Below, piece after piece: positions 1 through 10,021 of a stretch of 32,000 nt of DNA. The stretch spans positions 1,230,001 through 1,262,000 of the forward strand of contig NZ_CP030918.1 of assembly GCF_003324675.1 (NCBI RefSeq), given 5' to 3'. A program made the translations under genes and the position numbers. Source of the stretch: Paracoccus suum (GTDB taxonomy: Bacteria > Pseudomonadota > Alphaproteobacteria > Rhodobacterales > Rhodobacteraceae). Numbering within the stretch: position 1 is the stretch's first letter; each line of letters begins with the position of its first letter. The notes beneath the pieces were generated by a model. It was not told where the DNA came from, did no database searches, and saw nothing but the letters and a program-made list of their open reading frames with translations.

Positions 1-358
1 GTCCGAGTTCATGCGCGGTCTGTCGGACGATCTGAAGAATGCGGCGCGCATCGACGGACTGTCGGAATACGCGATCTTCTTTCGCATCATCCTGCCGCTG
101 GTGCGCCCGGCCATGGCTACGGTCGCCGTGTTCACCATGATTCCGATCTGGAACGACCTGTGGTTCCCGCTGATCCTGGCCCCGGCCGAGGCGGTCAAGA
201 CCATCACGCTTGGCACGCAGGTTTTCCTTGGCCAATTCGTGACCAACTGGAACGCGGTGCTGGCTGCGCTGACGCTCGCCATCGGGCCGGTGCTGGTCCT
301 TTACCTGATCTTTTCGCGCCAGCTGATCCGCGGCATTACCGCGGGCGCGGTCAAATGA
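1..358 (+). CDS. Carbohydrate ABC transporter permease, C-terminal fragment (MalG/UgpE-like); 5' end lies outside the window
   Basis: The frame is open from the window edge. The translation (...[29 protein letters not shown]...) matches the EAA-loop region and last transmembrane helices of binding-protein-dependent sugar permeases. It is followed immediately by the ATPase gene. Confidence 0.85.
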   Translation, partial: SEFMRGLSDDLKNAARIDGLSEYAIFFRIILPLVRPAMATVAVFTMIPIWNDLWFPLILAPAEAVKTITLGTQVFLGQFVTNWNAVLAALTLAIGPVLVLYLIFSRQLIRGITAGAVK

Positions 359-359
359 G

Positions 360-1367
<1,008 letters not shown>

Positions 1368-1573
1368 TCTGACGGTCCGAGGGCCTCTCCATCTAAACGC
1401 CGCGAGGTTGGCCCAGAGGGATACAGGCCCAGCCATACAAGATGCTCAGGACTGCGTGCTGGGCGGCGCACCCCGGCCCTATCGCTTGGCCATTGCGCAC
1501 AGCATCCCTCACGACCCGCCCGGGCTTGCCTTCGGACGCGTGGTGGCTCAACCCTGCGCCACCATCCTCGATC

Positions 1574-2782
1574 ATGCGATCCCCAATGCGCCCCATGACC
1601 ATCGGCCTTGCCGCGCTCGTCGCGGGCTATGGCCTCAGCCAGTTCTATCGCGCCTTCATCGCGGTCCTCGCGCCCGCTCTGGGGGCCGAGATCGGCGCGA
1701 CCCCGGGGGATCTGGCGATCGCCTCGGGCCTGTGGTTCCTCGCCTTCGCAGCGGTGCAACTGCCCATCGGCTGGGCGTTCGAGGCGGTAGGGCCGCGACG
1801 CACGACGGCGGCCCTGCTGGGCGTTTGCGGGGCAGGGGGCGCGGCAGTCTTCGCCATGGCCACCCGGCCCCTGCACCTCGATATCGCCATGGCCCTCCTT
1901 GGCGCGGGCTGCGCGCCGGTGCTGATGGCCGCCTATTACCTCTTGGCGCGGTGCTGGCCGGCCTCTGCCTTTGGCACCATGGCGGGGGTGACGGTTGCGG
2001 TCGGCAGCCTTGGCGACATCCTTGGCGCCGCGCCGCTGGTGCGGCTGATCGAGGCCTTCGGCTGGCGCGCGACCCTCTGGGCCTTTGCGGCCATCACGCT
2101 GGCTATCGCGGCGCTGATCGCGGCCCTCGTGCGCGATCCGCCGCCGCCCGAGGGGCCGCAGCGGACCGGCAAGTTGATCGACATGCTGCGCCTGCGCGGG
2201 CTGTGGCTGATCATGCCCATGGTCTTTGCCAGCTATGCCGTTTCGGCCGCGATCCGCGGACTGTGGGCCTCGCCCTACCTCGCGACTGTGCACGATGCCG
2301 ATGCGCGCATGATCGGCAGGGGCGTCCTCGTCATGGGGCTGGCGGTGGTGGCAGGAAACCTGGCGGTCGGGCAGGCAGTGCGGCTGATCGGCGGTCCGCG
2401 CCGAGCCTCTATCGTCAGCACCTGCTGCACCGCGACGGCGCTGATGGTGCTGTGGCTCAGCCCCGATGCCGGCCTGCCGGTGGCCTATGCCGCACTGGCG
2501 GTGATCGGCATGTCGGGCGCGAACTATGCCCTGCTGATGACCCACGCGAGGGCTTACCTTCCGCCGCATCTGGTCGGGCGGGGTATGACGTTCCTCAACA
2601 TGGTCTCGCTGTCCGGGGTCGGCCTGCTCCAATTCGCCTCGCGGCCTGTCTACGATTCGGTGCTGGCGGCACGTGGGCCGGTGCCAGCCATTGCCTCGGT
2701 CTTCCTGTTCTTCCTGATCCCGCTGCTGATCGGGTTGGGCTTCTACCTCTTTTCGCGCGAGGCCGCGGATGCGCCCGCCTGA
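1574..2782 (+). CDS. MFS transporter
   Basis: Polytopic hydrophobic protein with an MFS-like G-P-R-R loop (EAVGPRRT). I chose ATG 1574 (MRSPMRPMTIGLAAL...) because the ORF-track N-terminus (1442) is non-hydrophobic and looks non-coding. The 3' end overlaps the next gene by 14 nt. Confidence 0.75.
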   Translation: MRSPMRPMTIGLAALVAGYGLSQFYRAFIAVLAPALGAEIGATPGDLAIASGLWFLAFAAVQLPIGWAFEAVGPRRTTAALLGVCGAGGAAVFAMATRPLHLDIAMALLGAGCAPVLMAAYYLLARCWPASAFGTMAGVTVAVGSLGDILGAAPLVRLIEAFGWRATLWAFAAITLAIAALIAALVRDPPPPEGPQRTGKLIDMLRLRGLWLIMPMVFASYAVSAAIRGLWASPYLATVHDADARMIGRGVLVMGLAVVAGNLAVGQAVRLIGGPRRASIVSTCCTATALMVLWLSPDAGLPVAYAALAVIGMSGANYALLMTHARAYLPPHLVGRGMTFLNMVSLSGVGLLQFASRPVYDSVLAARGPVPAIASVFLFFLIPLLIGLGFYLFSREAADAPA

Positions 2783-3806
2783 GATCGAGGTCATCGCCCC
2801 GAACCTCAAGCGTCGCCTCAGCGGCGTGACCGCGACCGTGGTGCGGCTGATCCCGGTGCAGTCACGCATGATCGGCATCGTCGCCACTGGACCGGGCCTG
2901 CCACCGGACCTGCCGCACATCCCCCTGGCCCGCGCGCTGAGCCTATCGCGCAGCCGGTGGCGCGTCTGGCACGCCCGCCGCAATACCGAGATGGTCCTCG
3001 GGCTGATCGCACGCCGCATCCTGCGGCGGCGGTTTCGGTTGCTCTTCACCAGCGCCGCGCAGCGCCGGCACACCGGCCTGACCCGGTGGCTGATCCGCCA
3101 GCAGGACGCGCTGATCGCGACCTCGCCGCAGGCCGCGTCATACCTCGAGCGTCCTGCCGAGGTGATCCTGCACGGTGTCGATCTGGAAGTCTTCCATCCC
3201 GCTACCGATCGCGCGGGCGACCGGCGCGCGTTGGGCCTCGATTCCGATACGGTTCTGATCGGCTGCTTTGGCCGCATCCGCGCGCAAAAGGGTGTCGATC
3301 TGCTGGTCGATGCGGCGCTGCGCCTGCTGCCCTCGCGGCCCGAGGTGCAGGTACTGTTCACCGGCCGCATCACCCCCGACCAGCAGGCTTTCGCGGACGA
3401 GTTGAAAGCGCGCATCGCCGCCGCCGGGCTGACCCGGCGCATCCGTTTCCTGGGCGAGTTGCCCTGGCCCGATGTGGTCGCCCTTTACCGCTGCCTCGAT
3501 CTCTTCGCCGCCCCCGCCCGGTGGGAGGGGTTCGGCCTTACCCCGCTGGAGGCGATGGCCTCGGGCGTGCCGGTGGTCGCGGCCCGGGTCGGCGCCTATG
3601 AGACGCTGATCCGCGACGGCGTCACAGGCTCGCTGGTCCCGGCAGATGATGCGACCGCCTTGACGGCGGCGCTGCAACGCTGGCTCGACGATCCTGGCGC
3701 CCGCGCGGAAGCCGGGCGCGCTGCGCGCGGTCATGTGGCAGCCAACCACGGAATCGAGGCCGAGGCGCGGGCCATCACCGCCGTTTATCGCCGGCTGCTT
3801 GCGTGA
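2769..3806 (+). CDS. Glycosyltransferase family 4 (GT-B, retaining type)
   Basis: C-terminal E-x7-E region EGFGLTPLEAMASGVPVVA, typical of GT4/GT1 glycosyltransferases. The ATG overlaps the end of the MFS gene, and its stop overlaps the next start (GTGA). Confidence 0.85.
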   Translation: MRPPEIEVIAPNLKRRLSGVTATVVRLIPVQSRMIGIVATGPGLPPDLPHIPLARALSLSRSRWRVWHARRNTEMVLGLIARRILRRRFRLLFTSAAQRRHTGLTRWLIRQQDALIATSPQAASYLERPAEVILHGVDLEVFHPATDRAGDRRALGLDSDTVLIGCFGRIRAQKGVDLLVDAALRLLPSRPEVQVLFTGRITPDQQAFADELKARIAAAGLTRRIRFLGELPWPDVVALYRCLDLFAAPARWEGFGLTPLEAMASGVPVVAARVGAYETLIRDGVTGSLVPADDATALTAALQRWLDDPGARAEAGRAARGHVAANHGIEAEARAITAVYRRLLA

Positions 3807-4417
3807 ATCGCCTGAGCTTCAAACTCGCGGCCTGGACCAGCGAGGATGTGACGCTGATGCACCTGTCCGTGCCACAGCAGGCGCTGCTCGACGAGCTGAA
3901 CGGCAAGCACGTCGCCCTGATCGGCAACGCACGCGCCCTGGCCGAGGGGCAACAGGGGGCGGAGATCGACGCGCATGACCTGGTGATCCGCATCAACCGC
4001 GCGCCGATGCCGGCCGCCGCCAGCCACGGCACGCGCACCGACTGGCTGGCGCTCGGAATCGGACTGCCGCCAGAGGACCGTGCCCGGCTGGCCCCGCGCC
4101 GCACCTTATACATGGCGGCAAAGCGCAAGCGCCTCGACTGGGCCACGGCGACCTCGCCCGGCTTCTACCTGCATCCGCGATACCAGATCGAAGGGCTGGC
4201 GCGCGCGCTTCGTGCCAAGCCGACCACTGGGGCGATGCTGATCGAGCTATGCCTCAGGGCGGAACTGAAAACGCTTGACCTTTACGGCTTCGATTTTTTC
4301 GCTTCACGCTCCCTGTCGGGACGGCGATCGGCGGAGGACGTTCCACACGATTTTGGTGCCGAGGCCGCATGGGTCGCGGCCCGCGCGGAGGCCGATCCGC
4401 GCCTCAGCCTTCGCTAG
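3803..4417 (+). CDS. Small GT29-like (sialyltransferase-fold) glycosyltransferase
   Basis: Hand alignment places HVALIGNARALAEGQQGAEIDAHDLVIRINRAP on sialyl motif L, PTTGAMLIELCLRAELKTLDLYGF on motif S, and HDFGAE on motif VS (H-x4-E), in canonical order. The GTG start overlaps the GT4 stop. An alternative ATG lies at 3857. Confidence 0.55.
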   Translation: MNRLSFKLAAWTSEDVTLMHLSVPQQALLDELNGKHVALIGNARALAEGQQGAEIDAHDLVIRINRAPMPAAASHGTRTDWLALGIGLPPEDRARLAPRRTLYMAAKRKRLDWATATSPGFYLHPRYQIEGLARALRAKPTTGAMLIELCLRAELKTLDLYGFDFFASRSLSGRRSAEDVPHDFGAEAAWVAARAEADPRLSLR

Positions 4418-5390
4418 CGCGTTTCTGGCGGCCAAACAGGCCAGTGATCGCCGTCATCAGCGGGTTGATGACCTTGGTCGCTACCGGGATCAGCACCAGG
4501 CCCAGCGCCAGCCCGAAGATGCCGTCAAAGAACGCGGTGACGGCCCATGTGACCAGGCCCGCGAGGCGAGAGATCAGATTTGCGGCGGTCTCGGCGCGAT
4601 GGTGGATCGCATCATAGGGGGCGGTAAGGCCCAGTTCAGCCAAGCCGTGCAGGACGATGTTGCCGCCGACCCAGATCATGGCGGCGGTCCCGATGATTGT
4701 CAGCACACGCATGAAGCCCGGCATCGTCTTTACGATCCCCCGCCCGATGGTTGCGCGAATGCCGCCGCGCCTGACCAAGTGCATGCCGAAATCATCGGCC
4801 TTCACGATCAGCGCGACAAAGCCGTAGACCGCAAAGGTGATTGCGACGCCCACCACCAGCAGGATGACCGCCTTCATCCACCAGGGATCCTCGGCCGGGA
4901 TGGTCGACAGGGCGATGGTCATGATCTCGGCCGACAGGATGAAGTCGGTCTTGATCGCGCCCTTGACCTTGCTCTCCTCCAGCCGGGCCGGATCGCCGCT
5001 TTTCTCGGCGTCTTCCTCAGGATGCGCGTCCTCGTGCGGGTACATCGCGTGCCAGACCTTTTCCGCCCCCTCGAAACAAAGATAGGCACCACCGATCATC
5101 AGAAGCGGAGAGATCAGCCACGGCGCGAATTGCGACAGCAGCAGTGCCACCGGCAAGAGAATGATGATCTTGTTGAAGATCGAGCCCTTGGCGATCCGCC
5201 AGACGATCGGCACCTCGCGGCTGGCGTCAAAGCCATCGACGTATTTCGGCGTCACCGCGGCATCATCGATCACCGCGCCTGCGGCCTTGGCCCCAGCCTT
5301 GGCGGCCTGTCCCGCGACATCGTCAATCGATGCGGCGGCGACCTTCGCAATGCCTGCCACGTCGTCCAGAAGCGCGATCAGTCCGCTCAT
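4404..5390 (-). CDS. DUF808 (YedI-like) inner-membrane protein
   Basis: The N-terminus MSGLIALLDDVAGIAKVAAASIDDVAGQAAKAG... is characteristic of DUF808/YedI, followed by several transmembrane helices. I chose ATG 5390 rather than the extended ORF start at 5504. Confidence 0.8.
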   Translation of the reverse strand: MSGLIALLDDVAGIAKVAAASIDDVAGQAAKAGAKAAGAVIDDAAVTPKYVDGFDASREVPIVWRIAKGSIFNKIIILLPVALLLSQFAPWLISPLLMIGGAYLCFEGAEKVWHAMYPHEDAHPEEDAEKSGDPARLEESKVKGAIKTDFILSAEIMTIALSTIPAEDPWWMKAVILLVVGVAITFAVYGFVALIVKADDFGMHLVRRGGIRATIGRGIVKTMPGFMRVLTIIGTAAMIWVGGNIVLHGLAELGLTAPYDAIHHRAETAANLISRLAGLVTWAVTAFFDGIFGLALGLVLIPVATKVINPLMTAITGLFGRQKRASEG

Positions 5391-5649
5391 CCACCCATCC
5401 CTTGCCGTCCGGCCCCTCAACCGCGTGGGCCATATCGCGTTCCCGGCGCGGGGCACAGCCCAAAGCCGGCGCGTAATTCTGCCGACGCTCCCCGGCTGCG
5501 CCACATCGCCCCGGATGACGCAACCATCCCGCGGTTACCGCATTTCCCACGGAGCGCGCTGCGGCGAGAACGCCGAGGGCCGATCCCCGGCAACCCTTGC
5601 ACCTTCATTCTTATTGTACGATCAATCAGCGGCCCTTTGACATGGATGT

Positions 5650-6624
5650 ATGATGCTGGACGCTACCGCAAAACCGACCGAGGACGTCGACCTGCGCGAG
5701 GTGTTCGGCCTCGACAGCGACATGAAGGTCAAGTCCTTCGCCGAGCGGACCGACCGCGTCCCGGAGATCGACCCCACCTACAAGTTCGACCCCGACACCA
5801 CCATGGCGATCCTCGCTGGCTTTGCCTACAACCGCCGGGTGATGATTCAGGGCTATCACGGCACCGGGAAATCGACCCATATCGAACAGGTCGCGGCGCG
5901 CCTGAACTGGCCCTGCGTCCGTGTGAACCTCGATTCCCATATCAGCCGGATCGACCTGATCGGCAAGGACGCGATCAAGCTGCGTGACGGCAAGCAGGTA
6001 ACGGAGTTTCACGAGGGCATCCTGCCTTGGGCGCTGCGCAACCCGGTCGCCATCGTGTTCGACGAATACGACGCCGGCCGCGCCGACGTGATGTTCGTCA
6101 TCCAGCGGGTGCTGGAACATGACGGCAAGCTGACCCTGCTCGACCAGAACGAGATCATCACGCCCAATCCCTCATTCCGCCTCTTTGCGACCGCGAACAC
6201 CGTGGGGCTCGGCGATACGACCGGCCTCTATCACGGCACTCAGCAGATCAACCAGGCACAGATGGACCGCTGGTCGCTCGTGGCGACGCTGAACTATCTG
6301 TCCCACGACGCCGAGACGGCGATCGTACTGGCCAAGGTGCCGCACTACAATACGGACAAGGGCCGCAAGCAGATTGCGCAGATGGTAACTCTGGCCGACC
6401 TGACGCGGACCGCGTTCATGCAGGGCGACCTGTCCACCGTCATGTCGCCCCGAACCGTCATCAGCTGGGCCCAGAACGCCCGCATCTTTGACAACATCGG
6501 CTATGCCTTCCGGCTGACTTTCCTGAACAAGTGCGACGAGCTGGAGCGCCAGACAGTGGCCGAGTTCTACCAGCGCCTGTTCGACGAGGAACTGCCCGAG
6601 AGCGCCGCCGCCCAAGCGAAGTAA
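5650..6624 (+). CDS. cobS: Aerobic cobaltochelatase subunit CobS (AAA+/MoxR-type ATPase)
   Basis: Walker [10 protein letters not shown], and long stretches that match my recollection of Pseudomonas denitrificans CobS ([54 protein letters not shown]). Confidence 0.92.
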   Translation: MMLDATAKPTEDVDLREVFGLDSDMKVKSFAERTDRVPEIDPTYKFDPDTTMAILAGFAYNRRVMIQGYHGTGKSTHIEQVAARLNWPCVRVNLDSHISRIDLIGKDAIKLRDGKQVTEFHEGILPWALRNPVAIVFDEYDAGRADVMFVIQRVLEHDGKLTLLDQNEIITPNPSFRLFATANTVGLGDTTGLYHGTQQINQAQMDRWSLVATLNYLSHDAETAIVLAKVPHYNTDKGRKQIAQMVTLADLTRTAFMQGDLSTVMSPRTVISWAQNARIFDNIGYAFRLTFLNKCDELERQTVAEFYQRLFDEELPESAAAQAK

Positions 6625-6630
6625 GGAACG

Positions 6631-6653
6631 AGGGGCCCGTCAGCCGGGCCCCT
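6631..6653. terminator. GC-rich hairpin between the convergent cobS and FMN-reductase genes
   Basis: A 9-bp perfect stem (aggggcccg / cgggcccct) with a 5-nt loop sits 7 nt after the cobS stop. The U-tract is poor on both strands, so it is only a weak intrinsic terminator. Confidence 0.4.
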
Positions 6654-6672
6654 TCACGATGCGCTGGCGCTA

Positions 6673-7257
6673 TTATGCCTCGCGCGCAGCCTTCGTCGCC
6701 TTGGTCCACCAGGTCAGGTCGGTCAGCAACCCGCCTAGCGCGTTCTCCAAGTTGCCCTCTATCTCACTGATCGGAGCGTTGCCGGCGCCGGGCCAGACCT
6801 TGAAGAAGTCGGCGCCCCCGATGTGGACCGCGCCGCGGACCGGGACCATCTGCAGCTCGACGCCGATGGCGCGCAGATGTTCCAGCGCGCGGGCGCCCCC
6901 CATGCTGCCATACGCGAGCGCGGCCATCGGCTTGTGAACCCACTCGTTATAGGCCTGGTCCAGCGCGTTTTTCAGCGCCGCGGTGATCGAGTGGTTGTAT
7001 TCCGAGACGATGAACACGAACCCGTCGTAGCTGGCGATCTTTTCCTGCCAGGCGACGGCCTTGGGATCGCTGGACGGCACCCAGGCGTTCGAGGCAGGCT
7101 CGTCAAAGAACGGCAGGTCGGCATCGCGCAGGTCCACGACCTCGAAATCGAGGTCCGCGTTTCCGGCGACCTTTGACATGAACCATTCGGTCGGCTTGTC
7201 TGCGAAACGTGTCTTGCGAGTCGAGCCGATGATTACGGCAATGCGAGGCTTGGACAT
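6673..7257 (-). CDS. NAD(P)H-dependent FMN reductase family oxidoreductase
   Basis: The flavodoxin-like N-terminus MSKPRIAVIIGSTRKTRF and the EYNHSI motif are typical of the NADPH-dependent FMN reductase family. It is divergent from an HxlR regulator. Confidence 0.85.
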   Translation of the reverse strand: MSKPRIAVIIGSTRKTRFADKPTEWFMSKVAGNADLDFEVVDLRDADLPFFDEPASNAWVPSSDPKAVAWQEKIASYDGFVFIVSEYNHSITAALKNALDQAYNEWVHKPMAALAYGSMGGARALEHLRAIGVELQMVPVRGAVHIGGADFFKVWPGAGNAPISEIEGNLENALGGLLTDLTWWTKATKAAREA

Positions 7258-7331
7258 TTAAGTCTCCATCAGTATCTAGGTTTCTGGCGGTAACTTACTG
7301 GCCGGCCGGACCGACGCAAGAAGGCACCTTG

Positions 7332-7745
7332 ATGATACCGTGTGACACCCAGGATACGGTCCACTGCGAGCGCCTGAGCCGCATGCTCTCGCGCATCGGC
7401 GACAAGTGGACGCTGCTGATCGTGCGGGCGCTGGGCGCGCAGCCGCTGCGCTTCAACGCGCTGAAACGCGAGCTGGGTAGCATTTCGCAAAAGATGCTGA
7501 CGGTGACGTTGCGCAATCTGGAGCGTGACGGGCTGGTCACGCGAAAGGTGACGCCGACCACCCCGCCGCAGGTCGAATATGCGCTGAGCGCGATGGGGCG
7601 CGATCTGCACCAGCCGATTGCGGCTCTGGCAGAATGGGCCTGGGCGCATGCCGATGCGATCGATCGGGCCCGCGCGGACTATGACGCGCAGGACGCCCGC
7701 GGCCCCTCGACAGAGGGCGCGGCGCGCGCGACAAAGACGGCATGA
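7332..7745 (+). CDS. HxlR-family winged-helix transcriptional regulator
   Basis: The core C-x-...[13 protein letters not shown]...[34 protein letters not shown] is a typical HxlR core. ATG 7332 is preceded by aagaagg; the ORF-track start at 7329 is TTG. Its stop overlaps the cobT start (ATGA). Confidence 0.9.
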   Translation: MIPCDTQDTVHCERLSRMLSRIGDKWTLLIVRALGAQPLRFNALKRELGSISQKMLTVTLRNLERDGLVTRKVTPTTPPQVEYALSAMGRDLHQPIAALAEWAWAHADAIDRARADYDAQDARGPSTEGAARATKTA

Positions 7746-9604
7746 AACCCAGCGACAACCCCGCCGATCCGTTCAAGAAGGCCCTGGCCGAGGCGACCCG
7801 CGCCATGGCCGACGAGCGCGAGTTGAACGTCACCTATACCGCCGATCCGTCCGGGATCGCGGGCGACACCATGCGCCTGCCGCAAATCAGCCGGCGGCTG
7901 ACGCGGGACGAAATCCTGCTCGCGCGCGGCACGGCCGACAGCCTCGCGATGCGCCTGCGGCATCATGACCCGGCAACGCACATGCGCTATGCCCCGGCCG
8001 GGCCGATGGCGCGCGATCTTTACGAAGCAATGGAAACCGCCCGCAGCGAGGCCGTAGGCGCGCGCGAGATGCCGGGCGCACTGTCCAATATCGACGTCAA
8101 GCTGGGCGCCGAAGCCGAGCGCAAGGGCTATGGCCGCCTGACCTCCACCTCCGAGGCGCCGCTGGCGGTCGCCGCCGGCTATCTGGTCCGCCAGATGGCC
8201 ACCGGCCGCGCCCTGCCGCCGGCCGCGCAGAACCTGGCCGATCTGTGGCGCCCGCTGGTCGAGGCCGAGGCGGGCGGCACGCTGACCGGGCTGCAGGACG
8301 CGCTGGGCGATCAGGCCGCGTTCGCGCGGCTTGCCCGGCAGGTGATTGCCGACCTGGGCTACGGAGATCAGCTGGGCGACGATCCTGATGCGCCCGAGGA
8401 AGACGACGCCGAGGACGAGGCGACCGAGGAGGAAGAGGCCGGCGACGCCCAGTCCCGCGACCAGGACGAGAGCGAGGAGGCCGAGGCCAACCCCGAGCGC
8501 AGCCAGGAATCAGAGCAGGACGAGCAGCAAGCCAGCGTCAGCATGGACGAAAACGCCGACGATGAGATGTCGGACGACACGGAAATGCCGGACTCCGAGC
8601 CGCCGCCGGACCTGCCGCCGCCGGTCAGCGATGCGAGCGCCGATTATCGCGTCTTTACCCCGGCCTTCGACGAAGAGGTCAAGGCCGAGGACCTGGCCGA
8701 ACCGGCCGAGCTGGAGCGCCTGCGCGCCTATCTCGACAAGCAGCTGGAGCCCTTGCGCGGCGCCGTCGCGCGTCTTGCCAACAAGCTGCAGCGCCGCCTG
8801 CAGGCGCAGCAGAGCCGCAGCTGGGAGTTCGACAAGGAGGAGGGCGTGCTGGACGCCGGCCGCCTCGCGCGTGTCGTCGCCAACCCGACAACGCCGCTAT
8901 CCTTCAAGGTCGAGAAAGAGACCGAGTTTCGCGACACTGTCGTCACCCTGCTGATCGACAATTCCGGCAGCATGCGCGGCCGGCCGATCAGCATCGCGGC
9001 GATCTGCGCCGATGTGCTGGCCCGCACGCTGGAACGCTGCCAGGTCAAGGTCGAAATCCTCGGCTTTACGACTCGCGCCTGGAAGGGGGGGCAGTCGCGC
9101 GAAGCGTGGCTGGCGGCCCATCGGCCAGAGCATCCGGGCCGCCTGAACGATCTGCGCCACATCGTCTACAAGCCGGCCGACGCGCCCTGGCGGCGGGTGC
9201 GCCCCAACCTGGGGCTGATGATGAAAGAGGGGCTGCTGAAGGAAAACATCGACGGCGAGGCGCTGGAATGGGCGCATCGCCGGATGGTGCGCCGTCCCGA
9301 AGCCCGCAAGATCCTGATGGTCATCTCGGACGGCGCCCCGGTCGACGATTCGACCCTCAGCGTGAATCCGGCGAATTTTCTGGAAAAGCACCTGCGCGAC
9401 GTCATTGCCATGGTCGAAAAGCGCAAGCAGGTCGAGCTGCTGGCCATCGGCATCGGCCATGACGTGACCCGCTATTACCAACGGGCCGTGACCATTACGG
9501 ATGTCGAGCAGCTGGCCGGCGCGATGACCGAGCAGCTCGCCGCGCTGTTCGATGCTGACCCGAAAAAGCGCGCACGCGCCATGGGACGGGGCAGGGCGGC
9601 CTGA
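7742..9604 (+). CDS. cobT: Aerobic cobaltochelatase subunit CobT (acidic linker plus vWA domain)
   Basis: The N-terminus [32 protein letters not shown] is CobT-like. There is a long D/E-rich central region and a C-terminal von Willebrand A domain with MIDAS motif LIDNSGSM. Confidence 0.92.
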   Translation: MKPSDNPADPFKKALAEATRAMADERELNVTYTADPSGIAGDTMRLPQISRRLTRDEILLARGTADSLAMRLRHHDPATHMRYAPAGPMARDLYEAMETARSEAVGAREMPGALSNIDVKLGAEAERKGYGRLTSTSEAPLAVAAGYLVRQMATGRALPPAAQNLADLWRPLVEAEAGGTLTGLQDALGDQAAFARLARQVIADLGYGDQLGDDPDAPEEDDAEDEATEEEEAGDAQSRDQDESEEAEANPERSQESEQDEQQASVSMDENADDEMSDDTEMPDSEPPPDLPPPVSDASADYRVFTPAFDEEVKAEDLAEPAELERLRAYLDKQLEPLRGAVARLANKLQRRLQAQQSRSWEFDKEEGVLDAGRLARVVANPTTPLSFKVEKETEFRDTVVTLLIDNSGSMRGRPISIAAICADVLARTLERCQVKVEILGFTTRAWKGGQSREAWLAAHRPEHPGRLNDLRHIVYKPADAPWRRVRPNLGLMMKEGLLKENIDGEALEWAHRRMVRRPEARKILMVISDGAPVDDSTLSVNPANFLEKHLRDVIAMVEKRKQVELLAIGIGHDVTRYYQRAVTITDVEQLAGAMTEQLAALFDADPKKRARAMGRGRAA

Positions 9605-9609
9605 CGGCC

Positions 9610-9627
9610 GCCTTCCCTAGGGAAGGC
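9610..9627. terminator. Short hairpin between the convergent cobT and DUF2945 genes
   Basis: A 7-bp stem (gccttcc / ggaaggc) with loop ctag sits 6 nt after the cobT stop. Only a weak T-run (gttt) follows. Confidence 0.35.
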
Positions 9628-9643
9628 TGGGCCGTTTGACCCC

Positions 9644-9856
9644 TCAGCTGCGCAGGCGCGTCAGCGCGCTGCCCTTGTGAACCGCGACAGTGCCGGTCTT
9701 GTCGCTGGTCAGTTCATACTGCGGTTCCTCCGCCGAGCAGTGTCGCGTTCGGCCGCGGAACTCGAAATCCGCGGTGTGGATATTGATCACCCGTCCCCGG
9801 ATCCGCCCGGCTTCCGAGTTCCAGCTGACGTGATCCCCGACCTCATAGCGCGCCAT
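9644..9856 (-). CDS. DUF2945 (hypervirulence-associated TUDOR-like) small protein
   Basis: This 70-aa protein (MARYEVGDHVSWNSEAGRIRGRVINIHT...PQYELTSDKTG..AVHKGSAL) matches the DUF2945 pattern as I recall it. Confidence 0.7.
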   Translation of the reverse strand: MARYEVGDHVSWNSEAGRIRGRVINIHTADFEFRGRTRHCSAEEPQYELTSDKTGTVAVHKGSALTRLRS

Positions 9857-10021
9857 CTCAACCTGCGGTTCGTCTGATCCAACGACCGGAGGGGCGCGCC
9901 GTTCCGCGCCTGCCTCACGCGCGATCTTTCAGCGGCGCAATAAAGTGCATGACCGCAAAACCCCCTCCGCAGGGGGCGGCGTTGCGGTATGGAGAGGGGG
10001 GTGCGCGCGCGGAGGGGCGAG

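Noticed and set aside
5391-5649. A possible cobalamin riboswitch in the 259-nt region upstream of cobS.
   Set aside because: I could not find a B12-box-like element or the conserved core by eye. An Rfam scan would be decisive, but nothing I can see supports the call.
8380-8640. A repetitive GAG/GAC/GAA-rich stretch that looks like a tandem repeat.
   Set aside because: It is the in-frame acidic (D/E-rich) linker characteristic of CobT. It is not a nucleotide tandem repeat, a CRISPR array or a mobile element.
9957-9976. A second A-tract plus hairpin (aaaa-ccccct-ccgc-aggggg) in the DUF2945/uraH divergent region. It would read as a weak terminator on the minus strand.
   Set aside because: It has only a 6-bp stem and a U4 tail, with no upstream promoter-like sequence or second hairpin. 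That is too weak to call as an RNA element. I note it only because it resembles the stronger case at 25901-25927.
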